Below, one piece after another: positions 23,615-42,618 of a stretch of DNA of 64,000 nt. A program made the position numbers and the translations under genes. Under the pieces are notes generated by a model. The model made no database searches, was not told where the DNA came from, and saw nothing but the letters and a program-made list of their open reading frames with translations. Source of the stretch: Zygnema circumcarinatum SAG 698-1b. Its lineage: Eukaryota > Plantae > Zygnematophyceae. How positions within the stretch are numbered: the first letter of the stretch is position 1; each line of letters begins with the position of its first letter. Location: positions 2,012,525-2,076,524 of the forward strand of contig CM074816.1 in assembly GCA_037447605.1 (NCBI GenBank), written 5' to 3'.

Positions 23615-26600
23615 CTAGTGGAAGAGTGGGGAGGGGCGGCAGGCGGAGGCGGGCGTGGGGGGGCAGCGCGCGTCTATGGAGCAGGCCCCGGGCAGAGTGG
23701 CGCAGCGCGCGAGGCCGCAGTTGTCCGCGAGGGAGAGGCCCGCCCCCCACCACCGCAGGGCGTGCCCGCCCCCCGCGTCGAGCTGCAGCCCGAGGAACAC
23801 CGCCATGGCCATGAACATCACGCCTGTGTCCAGGGCGGCCGACAGCACGTAGTTGTATCGCACCCACCACGCCTGCGCCCGCTCTCAGCCGCAGAACGTT
23901 AATAGTGAGACGGTTATCGATTACTATTATAATAGTTTTGTAATGCGCAATGGTCACTGCAATGCTCGGGAATGCAGGTCACACTAGAAGCAAAGCCTAC
24001 TATCCGTCCGAATGTACATGCCACTAACACTATGACAGCTGTAAAGCTACGAGTTGACGAGATGGCAATAGCCACTTTCTCCCCAACACATGGTGAGGAA
24101 AACGAGTGCGAACTATGAATGTAGAAACCAAGGAAAGTCGGTCAGTTAAGGAAGTCCTTGACGATGGAGAATGCAACCGACCTTTTGGTACTTGAATACG
24201 AGAAAGTTGAATGTGAATGCGAGGAGGAACCACGAGGTAAAGTTGACCGGTGTCGCGGGAGGCAAGATCCCCATTCCATTGAGCATCACCGGAAGGTTCA
24301 CCTTCTTCAGAATCTGTTCAGTTCACGCAGAGCAAACCGATCCATCCCGTGTGACCACGCATCTCCATAGCAAGCCTCCCAGCGGTGCCCCCCCCCCCCT
24401 CCTTCAAAGAGCAGGCGACGCACCGTGAAGCGCGGGCGCGCCCTGTAAAGGGCCCACACGGCCACGGGGAGGAGGGCGCCCACGAGGAAAAACCAATTTA
24501 GCGCAGAATAGGGGGCATGCAAACCAAAAAAGCGGCGCGGGCCGAGCAGCCCCCATATGATGGAGGCGGAGTAGAACACGTTCGCACTCGGACAGGTCCA
24601 CTGGGAGTTTGGAGGCAGCTTCTCCACTACGCAGATGTTGCCGCCCTCGATGGCTCCGTACAACCAGAAGGCGGTGCCGAGGTTGATCAGTCCAGCAAAG
24701 ATTGTTCCAATGGCCTATGCAGTCGACAATTCCAAGCAAGTCTGAGTGCATTGCTATGAGGAACGGGAAATGCTGACATCGTCCGTCGTGCATCTACCCG
24801 CAAATGCGATGCGATTGAAAGGAAGTAAGCCTCACCTGCACGAGGAACATTGACCGCGGAGGAATCTGCTCTCGCACCACACACACACCACACCCCAACC
24901 TCCCACCATGCGGAGTGAGCCCCCTCCCACCTCCCTCCCCTCCCTCCCCTTCATCACAGGAGAGTGACCTCTCCTCTCCATCGCCCTTCCTCTCCTCCCT
25001 CTCCCCGCCAGCCCCCCATCCACCATCGATACGGCAACGACCCTCACCTTCATGTAGTGGCCCAGCTTGAAGTCCTGCAGGAAGGAAATTGCCTGCGTCA
25101 TGCTGATGTAGCCATACGTTTTGAAGCACACGTTGGCGATGGGCCGCCCCGGTTGGAGGTAGCCCCACAGCATCTCGGTGACGACGTTGAGTCCGGGCAC
25201 CTGATTGGTCGTCGCCGCCACCACCCCCACGGGCAGCGTGAAGGTCGCCGCCATGGCGGCCGCCAGCAGGAGGCCGTACCACGGCAGCTGCAGGGCGGGG
25301 TAAGCCTGTAGCGTGGCGACAGCTGTCCCCCCCGTGGCGAGTAGCAGCACCACGAACCACCAGGAGGGAAGCGGCGGGTAGCGCTCCATCAGCCGCGTGT
25401 GGATGTCTTTTTTCTGAGCAGAGGCTGCACGGGAGAGAAGGGGCGAGCAAGGGAGAGAATTTCATTTCACAGGCTTACTTGGCAAAGTAAGTAGTTGGTG
25501 AGCGTGACAATTGTTGTTACACACACCTAAACACTTAGCGTTGATAGTGTTGTGTTGTGTTGTGTTGTGAGTGTTACCGTCAACGTCATTTTGCCTTCCA
25601 TTTGACATGGGAGTCACGTAGACATGTGCTGACTAACCTGCAGCCCGAGAACGGCTCCAAATCTCCGGGCCGTGCCAAAGTGCCACGTGGACGACGGTAG
25701 CCGAAAGTGCAGCGAAGCCGAAACCGTATCCGAGAGCGAAAAACCCTGACAGGCGAGCAGGGCCATATGTTTCGTACATGTTGAGGTCGAGCTCGAGCTT
25801 GTCATTCACAAGCTTCTGTGTGGGGTAGAGGACGCCACTGTGGTGGAAGAGAGAAGAGCTCAATATGGGGAAGCGTCGGGCATCGTAGATGTTACTGAAA
25901 TACACAATGGGCACCAAGACCCACGCCACTATGATAAACCCCACGAAGATGTTCAGAGCAGCAAAGAAGGGCGTGGCCAGGGGTGAGCCGAGATATGCCG
26001 AAGCAGTGGCCCAGTCAATAGCGAATGCTCCAAGTCCCAAACCGTATTGTCCTGCACAAGAAAACACGCCACAGACACTCACACATCGCATCCCAAAAGG
26101 AGTAGCCATGCACAAGTAGGGCGGCCATCTCCCTGTCAATCTACTGAACAGAGAGAGGGCCGACCAGATCCCAGTTGGTGTGCGAGTGTGGTGTGCGGCC
26201 ATATCCAGCACGCCCAGCTGAGGCTGCTCACGACGGGCGCGAGGTGTGCCGGCACAGCGTGGTACGCAAACGCGAGCGCTGCGCACAGCCCAAAAAAGTG
26301 CGCGCGAGGGAGCTGCCCGCGGGCCGCCCGGTCCGCCTCGTGCAGCGTCCTGCGCCGCCACCCCGCACNNNNNNNNNNGAGGGGGGTGGGGGGAGAAGGA
26401 GAGAGAGCGAGCCGCGTGGCAGGCACCTGTAGAGTGACACGTTGACCAGCGTGGAGGGCCACCACATGTCCGCCGGCTCCTGCATTCCGCCTCGGCCCTT
26501 CGCCCTTCACACTTGCAGGCTAGCCAGGCAAACTACAGGGATACGGGCTTGCTAGAAATTGGGGAGAGGAGAGAGGGACTTTGTGTGTGTTTGTGCGTGA

Positions 26601-28716
26601 GAGATAAAGGAGGGGAAGAGAGGGGAAAAGGGAAACATAGGGGGAGAGAGTGAGAGAGAAATAGTTTTTTGTAGGAGACCAAGACGAATTGCGGAGAGTG
26701 GGAGCATTGGAAGGTGGAGACAGCGAGACGGGAGAGAGAAAGAGACAAATAGATACAGTATAAGGGAGAGCCCACCACGAGGTATTTACGCAGCAGTCCG
26801 GCCCAGCCTGCAGCCCCGTCCAGGATTCAGCCGGCTAACAACGAGAAGATGATGAATTTCACCCAATGCAACTGCATTAAGCATCACATTTCCTCTTCCC
26901 ACTTTCTTCCCTCCCCTCCCGTCCTCCTTCCCTCCCTCCCTCCCCTCTCTCCCTCCCCCTCGCTGTTTTTCGCTCTCTTACTCTCAATTCGTTCGTGTGG
27001 CTTCGTCGGTACCCACCATAGCCTACAACCTGCGTGGTGACGACGAGCAGAAACGAGGGCAGGAACCCGATTTTCTGCGCCCCACAAAGGTCTGCTGGTC
27101 ACTACTTAAAGCTGGAAACGGCCCGGGGACGATGCAGCCTACCCAGAGAAGGGGGGTTTCACGCGTACATACTGCCCAATGCTCCCTCCCGTCACTCGCT
27201 CCTAAGCCGCCTCTCGTCATCTACATCCATTTCAACATTGATGAAAATTTCCACTTCACCTTCCCATAAAACTGGCGAAGAATCGTGATGATGTCGATTG
27301 CGTAAGCGTTGCCATTTCCGAAAGAGGAGCCACAAGTGGCAAAGATGGAGATAAGGACGTGCTCCTACATTATAAAAACCAAAGCAGTCAGAAAGTGTGC
27401 TTTCGTTTCATCACGAGGTGGGAAAGGGTTGGAGTCTGGTTCAGTCCATGCCGTCACTCCGAGCTTGCAAATGTCATATCGGACGCAGCACCAAGCGTCT
27501 GAAGGCAAGAAGATTCACCTTGACTCCAAAGGGACCTTCGTTTACGTAAAAGTCCTTTCCAAACACTGCAAGCAAACCATACACGTGCATGCAACAATAA
27601 TTACATAATCAGGCCCGTTATTTTTCCGAAATCTCGATTCTGTTAGGAAGACCGCAAATGTAATATGACCACACACAAAGGGTAGATGCAAACTTCAAAA
27701 GGTACCCGCCATCATTATTCTGCGCATCAAGGTAAAGCCCTGAAAGAGGTGCTCCACGCTAACCTGTGAAAACTGGCCCTTTCGGAAGAACGGCAGCAAG
27801 AAAGCGACCGAAATAAAGAGTAAGAATGATGGCAGCGATGGGGTTGATGACGATGGCCGCCTGCCTGCAGCCACAGCTCTGTGGCGAGGGGTCGTCAGAG
27901 CACAGCAACTTTCTATACGTTGCCTGACCGCCTCCGTCTCAATCCAAGCACCCGCAGAACGGCGAGCAGTCACGGTTTCAAAGGCATTGATAACAGGTCC
28001 ATGAGTAGCCACTCTCGTTGGCTGCACACCGAGGAGGCATCGACGACGTTCGTCTGGTTACATAGTAAAGAAGGGTAAATGAACTTCACCTGAACCAGAA
28101 GTACTGGTTCACGAACGCGAGGAAAGCGCAGGTTATGAGTCCGATGAGGAACACGCGGAATGTGAGGACGGGAAGAGAGGGGTCGTCGGTAGGGCTCACA
28201 CTCAGCGCAACCTCCTTTATGGGCGACTGGAACTCGTCCTGCATTTGCGTATGTTTTTGTTTTGTTTTCAAAATTTACTACGGAAGGTATTCAATGGTGG
28301 TAAAAATTCAAATTAAATGCGTAGAAAAAATATATGTAGAAATAAAACAATTGAAGCGTAATCAAGTGACGATAGAGCATATGCAGAATCGTCGGCGGAG
28401 CGAGGTAGATGTGGGTCGCCTACGGCCGGGTCGTTCTCAATTTCGAAGGTGTCCATCTGCACACACGATTTTTAACCATTAAAAAAGGATGAAGAAAATT
28501 GGGGCCAGTGTCAATATACGGTTCTGATTTCATTGACGGGGAATTGCGGAGAAACTGTGACTGAAGCTGGAAACAGTTCCACAGGAAGGTGCGAAATTCT
28601 GCAACAGCTAGCGACGTCCAGCGAGCAGTCTCTTGGACCAAGTGCCTCACATTCCGCCCCCGGAAAGAGCCCACCTCCCTCTCCACGAGCTCCTCCTGCT
28701 CTTCGCGCTCCGCCAT
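23615..28716 (-). CDS. OPT: Oligopeptide transporter, OPT family (PT clade); multi-exon
   Basis: MAEREEQEELVERE|DEFQSPIKEVALSVSPTDDPSLPVLTFRVF...NQYFWFR; NEGPFGVK|EHVLISIF; GWAGLLRKYLV|EPADMWWPSTLVNVSLYR; KLGHYMK|IPPRSMFLVQ; WWVRYNYVLSAALDTG. Exons join in frame. Confidence 0.95.
26369..26378. other. Assembly gap (10 N) inside an OPT intron
   Basis: N run. The flanking exons still join in frame (SLYR|TLHE). Confidence 0.98.
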
Positions 28717-29070
28717 GGATTCCGCGCGCGCTCAGGCGGAGAGGCGGAGCGGCGGAGGCGCCGCCGGCCTCGCACACCACGTGCCACGTCAGCGACCTGC
28801 GCTGTGCGTGGCGGGCCGTCGGCCAATCAAAAATAGCCACGTGGCGTCCCCCAATTGGCTCTTGAGACCCACCGAGGCGTATCGACTCGCCGGAATCGCA
28901 GCTCTCGAGGACGGCGCGGCTGCAATCGACGGCCCAGGGTATGCCACGTGTACCACAGTGGCCCAGGCGGCCCTCCACGTGGCGAGTCGCCGCACGTGCG
29001 TGGTGCTGACATGGCGCGCGGGCGCAACGAGGGCCTCGCGAGAAGGGCGGGGTGCCGTCGCCAGCCAGCC
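28717..29070. promoter_or_regulatory. Compact bidirectional promoter shared by OPT and the DUF1218 gene
   Basis: Divergent ATGs at 28716 and 29071. CACGTG at 28778, near 28838 (within GCCACGTGGC), 28945, 28976 and 28993; CCAAT at 28823. Confidence 0.6.
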
Positions 29071-30998
29071 ATGGCAACCATGGAGGAGGCCATGGCGGCC
29101 ACGGCCATGGAGGAGGTGGAGGCCATGGCCATGGAGGCGGAGGCGGAGGCGGCATGGCGGCGGCGGTGGCGGCTGGTGGTGGTGCGCGCGCTGGTGGTCG
29201 CGCTCGGCGGGGCGGGGTACGCGGCCCTGGAAGTCGCTGAGGCCTGGAAGGTGATGGATGGGAGGCCCATCCTCGGCGAGCCTGTTTGGGCTCAAGTCAC
29301 GCGCGTTCCTTTGGCTGTACCGCGGCTAACGGAAAACTCGTTATCTAGTTTGAGTCTATGGAATGCCATGTAAGAGCTGTAAGAAAAAACAAATGAATTC
29401 GGTAAAGTGGATCGAAGGGAAAATAAATTTGAAAGGTTAGACGGAGGAATCCTTTGAAATCGAGATGGGGGAGAAGGAGGTGCCTGATATATAAATTTTC
29501 AAGTATGCGGGTGGTACCAAGAGCAGGAGAGTGAGGGAGAAGAGGGAGACTTCTTCGAGGGAAAGAGAGGCGAGGAGCTACGCAGGGAAGGAAGAGGTGG
29601 CTACCGGAATATTGAGAGAAACTCGGGGAAAGAGGGAAATGCAAGAAAATTGGCAGGCAGGCGAGGGGAATGGCGGAAGAAGAGTGTAAGCCTGCTGGAG
29701 GGAGACTCGGAGAAAAGAGTCGTAAGGATGGCAGGAAGAAATAGAAATAGAACGAGAGGCATAGAGAGGGAGAGAGGGAGAGGGAGAGAGAGAGAGTTGG
29801 GGGAGGCGATCTGGAGATATGGAGATGCATGGGCAGATGTTCATTGGAAGTGGCACTTCCGTGGGCGACCTTATGCAAGGCTGAATGGAAGGCACGCGTG
29901 CGGGGGGCGCAGCCCGAGCAGAGCAGAATTTCAGTGCGGGCGCGGGGCGGCTTCTACGAGTGCGCGTACCCGCATGATCCGAGCCCCGCATTGGCGGCCG
30001 CGGCGGCGTGCTGCATGCTCGCCGCAGCGCTCCTCGCGAACGCGTACGCCGCACTGCAGCGCATGCTCGCGCATCTCCACGTGTTCGTGCCTCGCCATCG
30101 CATCGGCGTCTGGGTTTGGTACGGCCTTGCATGGTGGGTCATTCTAGCCAGAAACCATTCGTTCTACCACGGTTCCCATTTCCCGTCATTCGCCCTATCG
30201 ACTGGTTCACCTAACTTCTGATGAAAACTCTCATCTCGATCCATCTCGCCTAAACTCTGTTGCTTTGCTGTCTCGCCTGCACACCCCTGCTCTTCTCTAC
30301 TCATTGTCCCACGTTTGCCATCTTCCCTCCCCTCCTTGCGGCAGGGCGGGTACGTGCACCTCCGCCGCGGTAGCGGCCTGCGCGGCGGCGCAGGAGGCTG
30401 AGTACGCGCACAGGCCGGGGACCGCGATGGACCCGACCGACCTCGCGTGCCCCGCGGTGAAGGTGCGGGTCCCTGCCTGCATTCGTCGCCGGGGGGATCA
30501 CAAAATGGTCGCTCGATCACGCATTTCGTTCTGTCCTTCTCTCGTCTACCTTGATTCTTTCGGTTCCGCTAAATGTGTTTGTTTGGTATTTTCTGCACGC
30601 AGACGGGCATCTTTGGAGGCATGGGTCTCATCATGTTGGGGACCACGGTTCTGTGGGTAGTCTTCACAGTGATGGCTGACACGGCAAAGGAGTTGCTAAT
30701 CGCGGATTCCAAAGACAGCTATATGGTCAGACAGCAGCTTACATCAACCTACTCGGTCAAGTCTACGAGATTGAAGATGTTTTCCTTAAGTATACGCTGC
30801 TGCTTAGGCCACACTTAGTGACGAAATCGGAGCATATAGGTCACCGGGGTGCCGTGTCCTTTTGCCTCCTTGCAGGAAGGTTGTGAAGGAGTAAATGTGA
30901 ATGTCCACGCGCTGCCCGGGATGGACATGGCGCCGGGGCATTTGGAACCAACCGACGACCAACTTTCCACGGGCGTGTACGGCCCTGCCCTCAAGTAG
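29071..30998 (+). CDS. DUF1218 (MWL/VCC/DESIGUAL-like) four-TM membrane protein; five predicted exons
   Basis: LVVALGGAGYAALEVAEAWK|SRISVRARGGFYECAYPHDPSPALAAAAACCML...YGLAW|AGTCTSAA...LACPAVK|TGIFGGMGLI...|EGCEG...PALK*. CxYPxxP and CxxVKxGxF patterns fit DUF1218. The exact start ATG and the last exon are less certain. Confidence 0.72.
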
Positions 30999-33417
30999 CG
31001 CAGCTCAACGAAGGACGAGAGGCGGTACGCGGGGCGTGGGTTCACGCAACCTTGAAGGTGCGTGTGGTAGCTCGCTGGGAACCACGAGAAACGTTGGGAG
31101 TGGGCTATTGTGCTGTTTTGGGCAACGACATGGTGCAACGGGAGTACAACATTTGCAGTGGGACGGCAAGTGGCGCTGACACGCAACGGAAAGAGACTCA
31201 TGCAAAGCGACCTTGTAACTTGGTCGACGAATCTCCGTGCACGTCTTGTTGGAGACGTAGCCTCACATGTCGATTTGGAAATGAACATGAGTTGACGATG
31301 CTTCCCAGCGCTTTCGATGCATGAACCATAGGCATTCGTTCAATGCATAAATGGGAGCAAGCTTGTTGGTAGTGAAATTCCTTTCTATTGCCTTGAGAGA
31401 CTTGCCTTGCCTTTAACTACGGAATGAGATGAATGAAGCATGCCAGAGAGCATGTGGAAATGTGCTTCTTGAAAAACGCTACACTTTGGTCCCACGCGTC
31501 ACCAGCTATTACGCCTAAGTCGGTGGAGTGGTTTTCACAAGCCCTTTCGGATTTGAGTTAAATGCACCGAAGGAAGGGTCCTTGACTCGCAACAAAAGCA
31601 GCAATTCCCAACCAAACCACAGATAGATGACCCCCCCGATTCCGACAGAAGCAAAACAATGAGAAGCGCCATGGAGAGCCGGTGCTGCCACTCGCGTTTA
31701 GGGACAAGTTAGGCCCCAGCCCTGCCCGTGCGATGTTGATGGCTTTACCCACAGCTAAAATTTTAGAGGCAACCGCTGATGTCACTCAGATGCAAGCACG
31801 GCAGCGGAGCCGCGGTCCACAGCATCGCCCTGCCCTGCCCACCAGCCTCGCCTTCCTCGCCTCCGTTCCCTCCCGCTGGCCACTCCCCTTCCCTTTCCCC
31901 GCCCACCCAGCATACGGTCTCCCTCCCTCTCCCCCTCGTCTCCACTCCCATCGACACTCCTCCCCCTCCCTCTCTCCTCGGCGCCTTCCCCCCCCTCCCT
32001 CTCTCCTCGGCGCCTTCCCCCCCCTCCCTGCCACCGCCATCCCCCGCGACTCGTGCAGTCTGTGCGGCACGAGGGGTGGTTTTCAAACGCCCACTCCTGT
32101 CGCTGCCTTCTCTTTCGTGAATGGGGACAGGACGAGTGACGCACTGACTGCAACTACGGCTGGAGACTAGCAAAGACCTATCCACTGACGGTCCCACACA
32201 CCCAAGCGTTTGCTCGGCACCAAGTGTGCACTATAGCGCCAACACGAATACGTGGTGCGAAGAAATATGCTCTTGGAAGTGTCTCGGGCACGTACACGAC
32301 GAGGGTGAGTTGACACTGTTCGATTTGATCAGGAACGGATCCCTGATGGAAACTAAATGTGAACGTATTTCGTTGTAAAAGATAAAAAGCCTAGGGTTGA
32401 GCTCATCCACAGACGGAGAGAAAGGGCTGCCGTTAGTGCTGGACTGGATTCCCAATCTTGCTATTATCAATCTCCTTGATGCTGGATCCGCCATGCGAAA
32501 AAGATCTGGAAGCTTTAAGTCAAAATAATGACAAATATAAAGTCAAAATAATGGCAAATATAACTCTAAGCAGCAATGCAAGTCACATTTACACAAGAAC
32601 AGACTGGCAAGTCATCCTCAACATAACAAGAAGCCTTTTACTCCGTTGTATTAAATGGCCGCAAGTGCAGCGGTTTTATACAATCAAAAGAACTCTGCAC
32701 TACTCCTACTCCTACTGGCCACAGCCGCCACTGTACACTCGCTGCGCTCCCTGCACAGCCGCCCTCTGCAGCAACCCTAAAGCTCCTGCAGGCGCACCTC
32801 TGTGCGCCTCTGCCTCCAAATTCGTACGGTCATCCTCCCCTTCCGTACATCAAACCTATTTGTACAGTCCAGGGGCCATGCCATGCCCTCTCACTAGCCT
32901 CAACGTTCTTCCGCCCATCGAAGTCGGCTGCCGATGGGAGCAGGCACTGCTGGCAACCGCAACCGCACCTCGATCGGCCACTCTCTAAAGCGAACAAAGA
33001 GGACGTCCTATTTGGAAAAGCTACGCGCCGCCCTCTCTCGTACTAAATCACGAAGTGTCTTTTCGACAAAACTTCCATTCTATTTGGCACAAGGGCCATA
33101 CCTCCTTCTCACCGTCCTGCTCGAAGTCATACAGAATAAATACGAATACGCTAAACTGATCTAAATCGTACTCGAGCGGCAATGACGGGGTAAAAATCCT
33201 GAAGGGGATGCAGCCCTCGTCAAACGGCCATGGAGAAATCTGCAGCTTGGCGACCCTTCACCTTCACCTTCACCTTCTGCAAAGATTTCGGGGAAACGCT
33301 TTGCCAAACTATGTATCGTTAGCGGGGCTGGCACCTTCCAAAGAGGGTGGGCTGCGCTTCCACCCGGTGCCGCGCACAGCCACAGCGGCGGAGGAAGCAG
33401 AGGCAGCGGAGGGGTCC

Positions 33418-36687
<3,270 letters not shown>

Positions 36688-36889
36688 GGCGGGCGGGCTG
36701 GCTGGCTGCTGCTGCGGTGGGGCTCCTGCAGGAGCGGGAGCGGGAGCGGGCTGGCGGGAGGGAGGGAGGGAGGGAGGGAGGGAGGGAGGGATGAAGAGGA
36801 GGGGCCTACTGGCGCAGTAGTGGTTCCCCGGCCCGCCCGCCCGAGGGAGGGAGGGAGGGAGGGCGGGCAGGGGCGCGCGCGCTCGCTGT

Positions 36890-37291
36890 GGCCAATCAGC
36901 GCGCGCTGAACTGCCCGCGGGCGGTCCAATGGCGGCGGGCCAAATGACGCTGACGTGTCAGCGCCGTCCGCCTGCGGACGCTCGGCGCTGGGGCCGGGGG
37001 GGCGCGCCACAATCGTCTAATCGATTCACCGAAATAAGTACATATATTCTGGAAAATGGAGGTGGGAGTCACATGTTGACGTACTGTGTTTATGTTGAGT
37101 TAAAGTGGAGAACTCGAACTCCTCGTGACATCACATAGCATCACGTGGCGCCACGTGGAACCGCGGCACGGGGGGCGCCGAAAGGCCGGCCGCGGGAGGC
37201 AAGGCGTGCCACGTGGCAGCATCCGCTGACATGGCTCCAATCACCGCGTGCGCCCTCATCAGAGCGGGCGCGCACACGCAGGCCACGTGGC
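36890..37291. promoter_or_regulatory. G-box/ABRE and CCAAT cluster upstream of esterase 1
   Basis: ACGTGTC at 36953; CACGTG at 37142 and 37152; GCCACGTGGC at 37208 and 37282; CCAAT near 36892 and 36926. Confidence 0.5.
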
Positions 37292-37474
37292 AGAGGGGAG
37301 TCCCGCTGCCTCGTCACGCGGCGCCTCGCGATTGGACGACATTGATATAGCGCGCGCGCGCGGGCCTGGAAGGCACCGACCGGCGGGGAAACCGGAACGA
37401 GTACTCCCTTTCGCCCGCGGCCGGGTCAGTACGGACGGCAGGACCACCGGGCGAGTCTGCCCGCGAGGCCGGGC

Positions 37475-37805
37475 AGGCAGCGTCAAGAAAAGGGAATTCC
37501 CATGACAGTCCCGTGTTTAACCCCGTTAAGGGATAACCCTCAATGTCGGTCAAGGGAATTAAGGGAAATGTACGGTTTCTGTACTTTGTGGCTACAGTAC
37601 CCTTTCGTAGTTTTTTGTATGGAAACTTCGAACGAGGAAACTTTCATTGAACTCGCGATGGCGAGGCCAATTCTGAATTGGTGAAATTCTATTCTCACAC
37701 CTTGTTTTTTTTTTTCTATTTTTTTCCTTATTGAAGGGGCGGCTTCTATTAAGGGAAAAAACTGGGTTTTGCTCAAGGGGGTTAAGGGATTTTTTGACGA
37801 TGCCT
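37475..37805. mobile_element. MITE-like element, 331 bp, unrelated to the element at 9603
   Basis: TIRs AGGCAGCGTCAAGAAA and (reverse complement) AGGCATCGTCAAAAAA, 14/16 identical. 8-bp flanking duplication GGCCGGGC at 37467-37474 and 37806-37813. Subterminal AAGGG motifs and an AT-rich core within GC-rich DNA. Confidence 0.8.
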
Positions 37806-38480
37806 GGCCGGGCTCGCGCCCGCACGGCACATGCATCCATGTATGCATGGCATGTATGCATGCCCCCCCATCCCTCCCCCCCCCTTCTCTCTCTCTCTCT
37901 CTCCTTTCTCTCTCTCTCTCAGCATCCAAATATGCGGTAACAGGAACAGCCCTTCATTTCATATTCCTTGCGAAACGGGTCGCATACATACATACATAGA
38001 AGGTGAAGCATTCAAAGTTGAAACCAGTTCAACGTGCTTCGAACCCTTGGCAAGGTTCTAACTGCAGTTTTCCCTCCCCACTTCTTAGGGCAGGCAGGCA
38101 GCCACGACGCTGCTTTGAGCAGAGCAGCGTGAAAAAAAGAACGAGCCTACGCAGAATCTCTAAGCCATGCCCGCCCGCTGCGGCGGCAGGCAGACACTGC
38201 TTCCTACTTCCAGACGCGCACACTGACTGCCGACTTTCTCTACGATGCGCGCTGGGCCTACTCTGCCAAAAGATGACGCTCAATATGACCGGATGGAGCA
38301 AATCTAACGTGCTGCTGCTGCTGCTGCTGCTGTGGACACACTAGAAGGGGCCACAAAATAATTACAAACGACCCGGATTTCCTCAAGCACGCGGCGCGCT
38401 GGCACGATGGCGTGTACACGTGTCCTCGCCGAGGAACGCGTTCCACCGGAGGGAGGGAGCTCCAAAGGAAGTGCGTCACG

Positions 38481-41634
<3,154 letters not shown>

Positions 41635-41657
41635 GGCTGCTCTGCGGCGCGATGCGA

Positions 41658-41704
41658 AGGGCTGAGGGCTGAGGGCTGAGGGCTGAGGGCTGAGGGCTGA
41701 GGGC
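41658..41704. repeat. (AGGGCTG)6.7 heptamer repeat in the leader of esterase 2
   Basis: Read directly. Confidence 0.9.
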
Positions 41705-41972
41705 GTAGGCCGGAGCGGAGGGCAAGAGCGGAGGGCGAAGGCAAGGCCGATTGCTCACTCGCTCGCTCGCTTTTGAGGCCCGGCCCGGCCCCGCCCCGCC
41801 CCCCCCCCCCGCGCGCGCACAGCTGTGAGCCCGCGCGCGCGCACAGTCCTTACCCCGCCCGCCCGCAGCGCGCCGTCCGTCCGTCCGTCCGTCCGTCCGT
41901 CCGTCCGTTCGTACGCTCGTACGTCCGTTCGTACGTTCGTCCGGTAGCGTCCGTCCGCGCTAACGAGGGAGC

Positions 41973-42084
41973 GCCGCGTGGCGGCCACGTGCACTCGCTA
42001 CACGCAAAAAGCGGCAACTGGCGGTGGAGGCTGCCCGCAAATGGTGGACTGCCTGCACGTGGCGCGCTGACGCTGGGCCACGTG
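41973..42084. promoter_or_regulatory. G-box cluster upstream of esterase 2
   Basis: CACGTG at 41986, 42056 and 42079; GCCGCGTGGC (coupling-element-like) at 41973. Confidence 0.45.
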
Positions 42085-42618
42085 GTGGCCTTAGATCGTT
42101 AGCTTACCCCATTTTCGTATTTGGGTACGAAGGGAGAGAGACCCGCCCGAAATTTGGAGGCGAGGCGAGGGGTTGGGCCGCGTGCGGGCGTGCGGGCGTG
42201 CGGAGGGACCGGGGGACAACCGCGGGATACAGTACCAATGCTTGGCCGGCCAATGGTTCGCAACCGTTGGCGGCCATTGCTCATCTCGGCATGAGGTTCC
42301 TGTGGCGCCTGGTGGGGCAGCGGAATAGCCCGACCGCCAGGTGTGGAGGCCCATTGTCCGCACACGCACGCTGGGGCTGGGGCTGTGTCCATGGCGCCAT
42401 TGCGGGGTCTAGGTCCAGCCTCGTTACCAACAACCAGCCTCATGTCTCTTCGCTGTAAACACATACATGCTGTGGCGCACGGACGACCTTTAAACAAATG
42501 AGATTTTGAGACGTCGATCCAGCTTCAGGAAAGTTACCTAAACTGCATGACGACGACTCTACTCTGTCGGACACGTACCGTATAGCGTATGCAATCTCGG
42601 CCCACTGGCAGCGCGTTC

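Noticed and set aside
31682-32200. ORFs over a C-rich tract containing a roughly 29-bp tandem duplication (about 31962-32028)
   Set aside because: Low complexity with no coding signal; the duplication looks like simple slippage.
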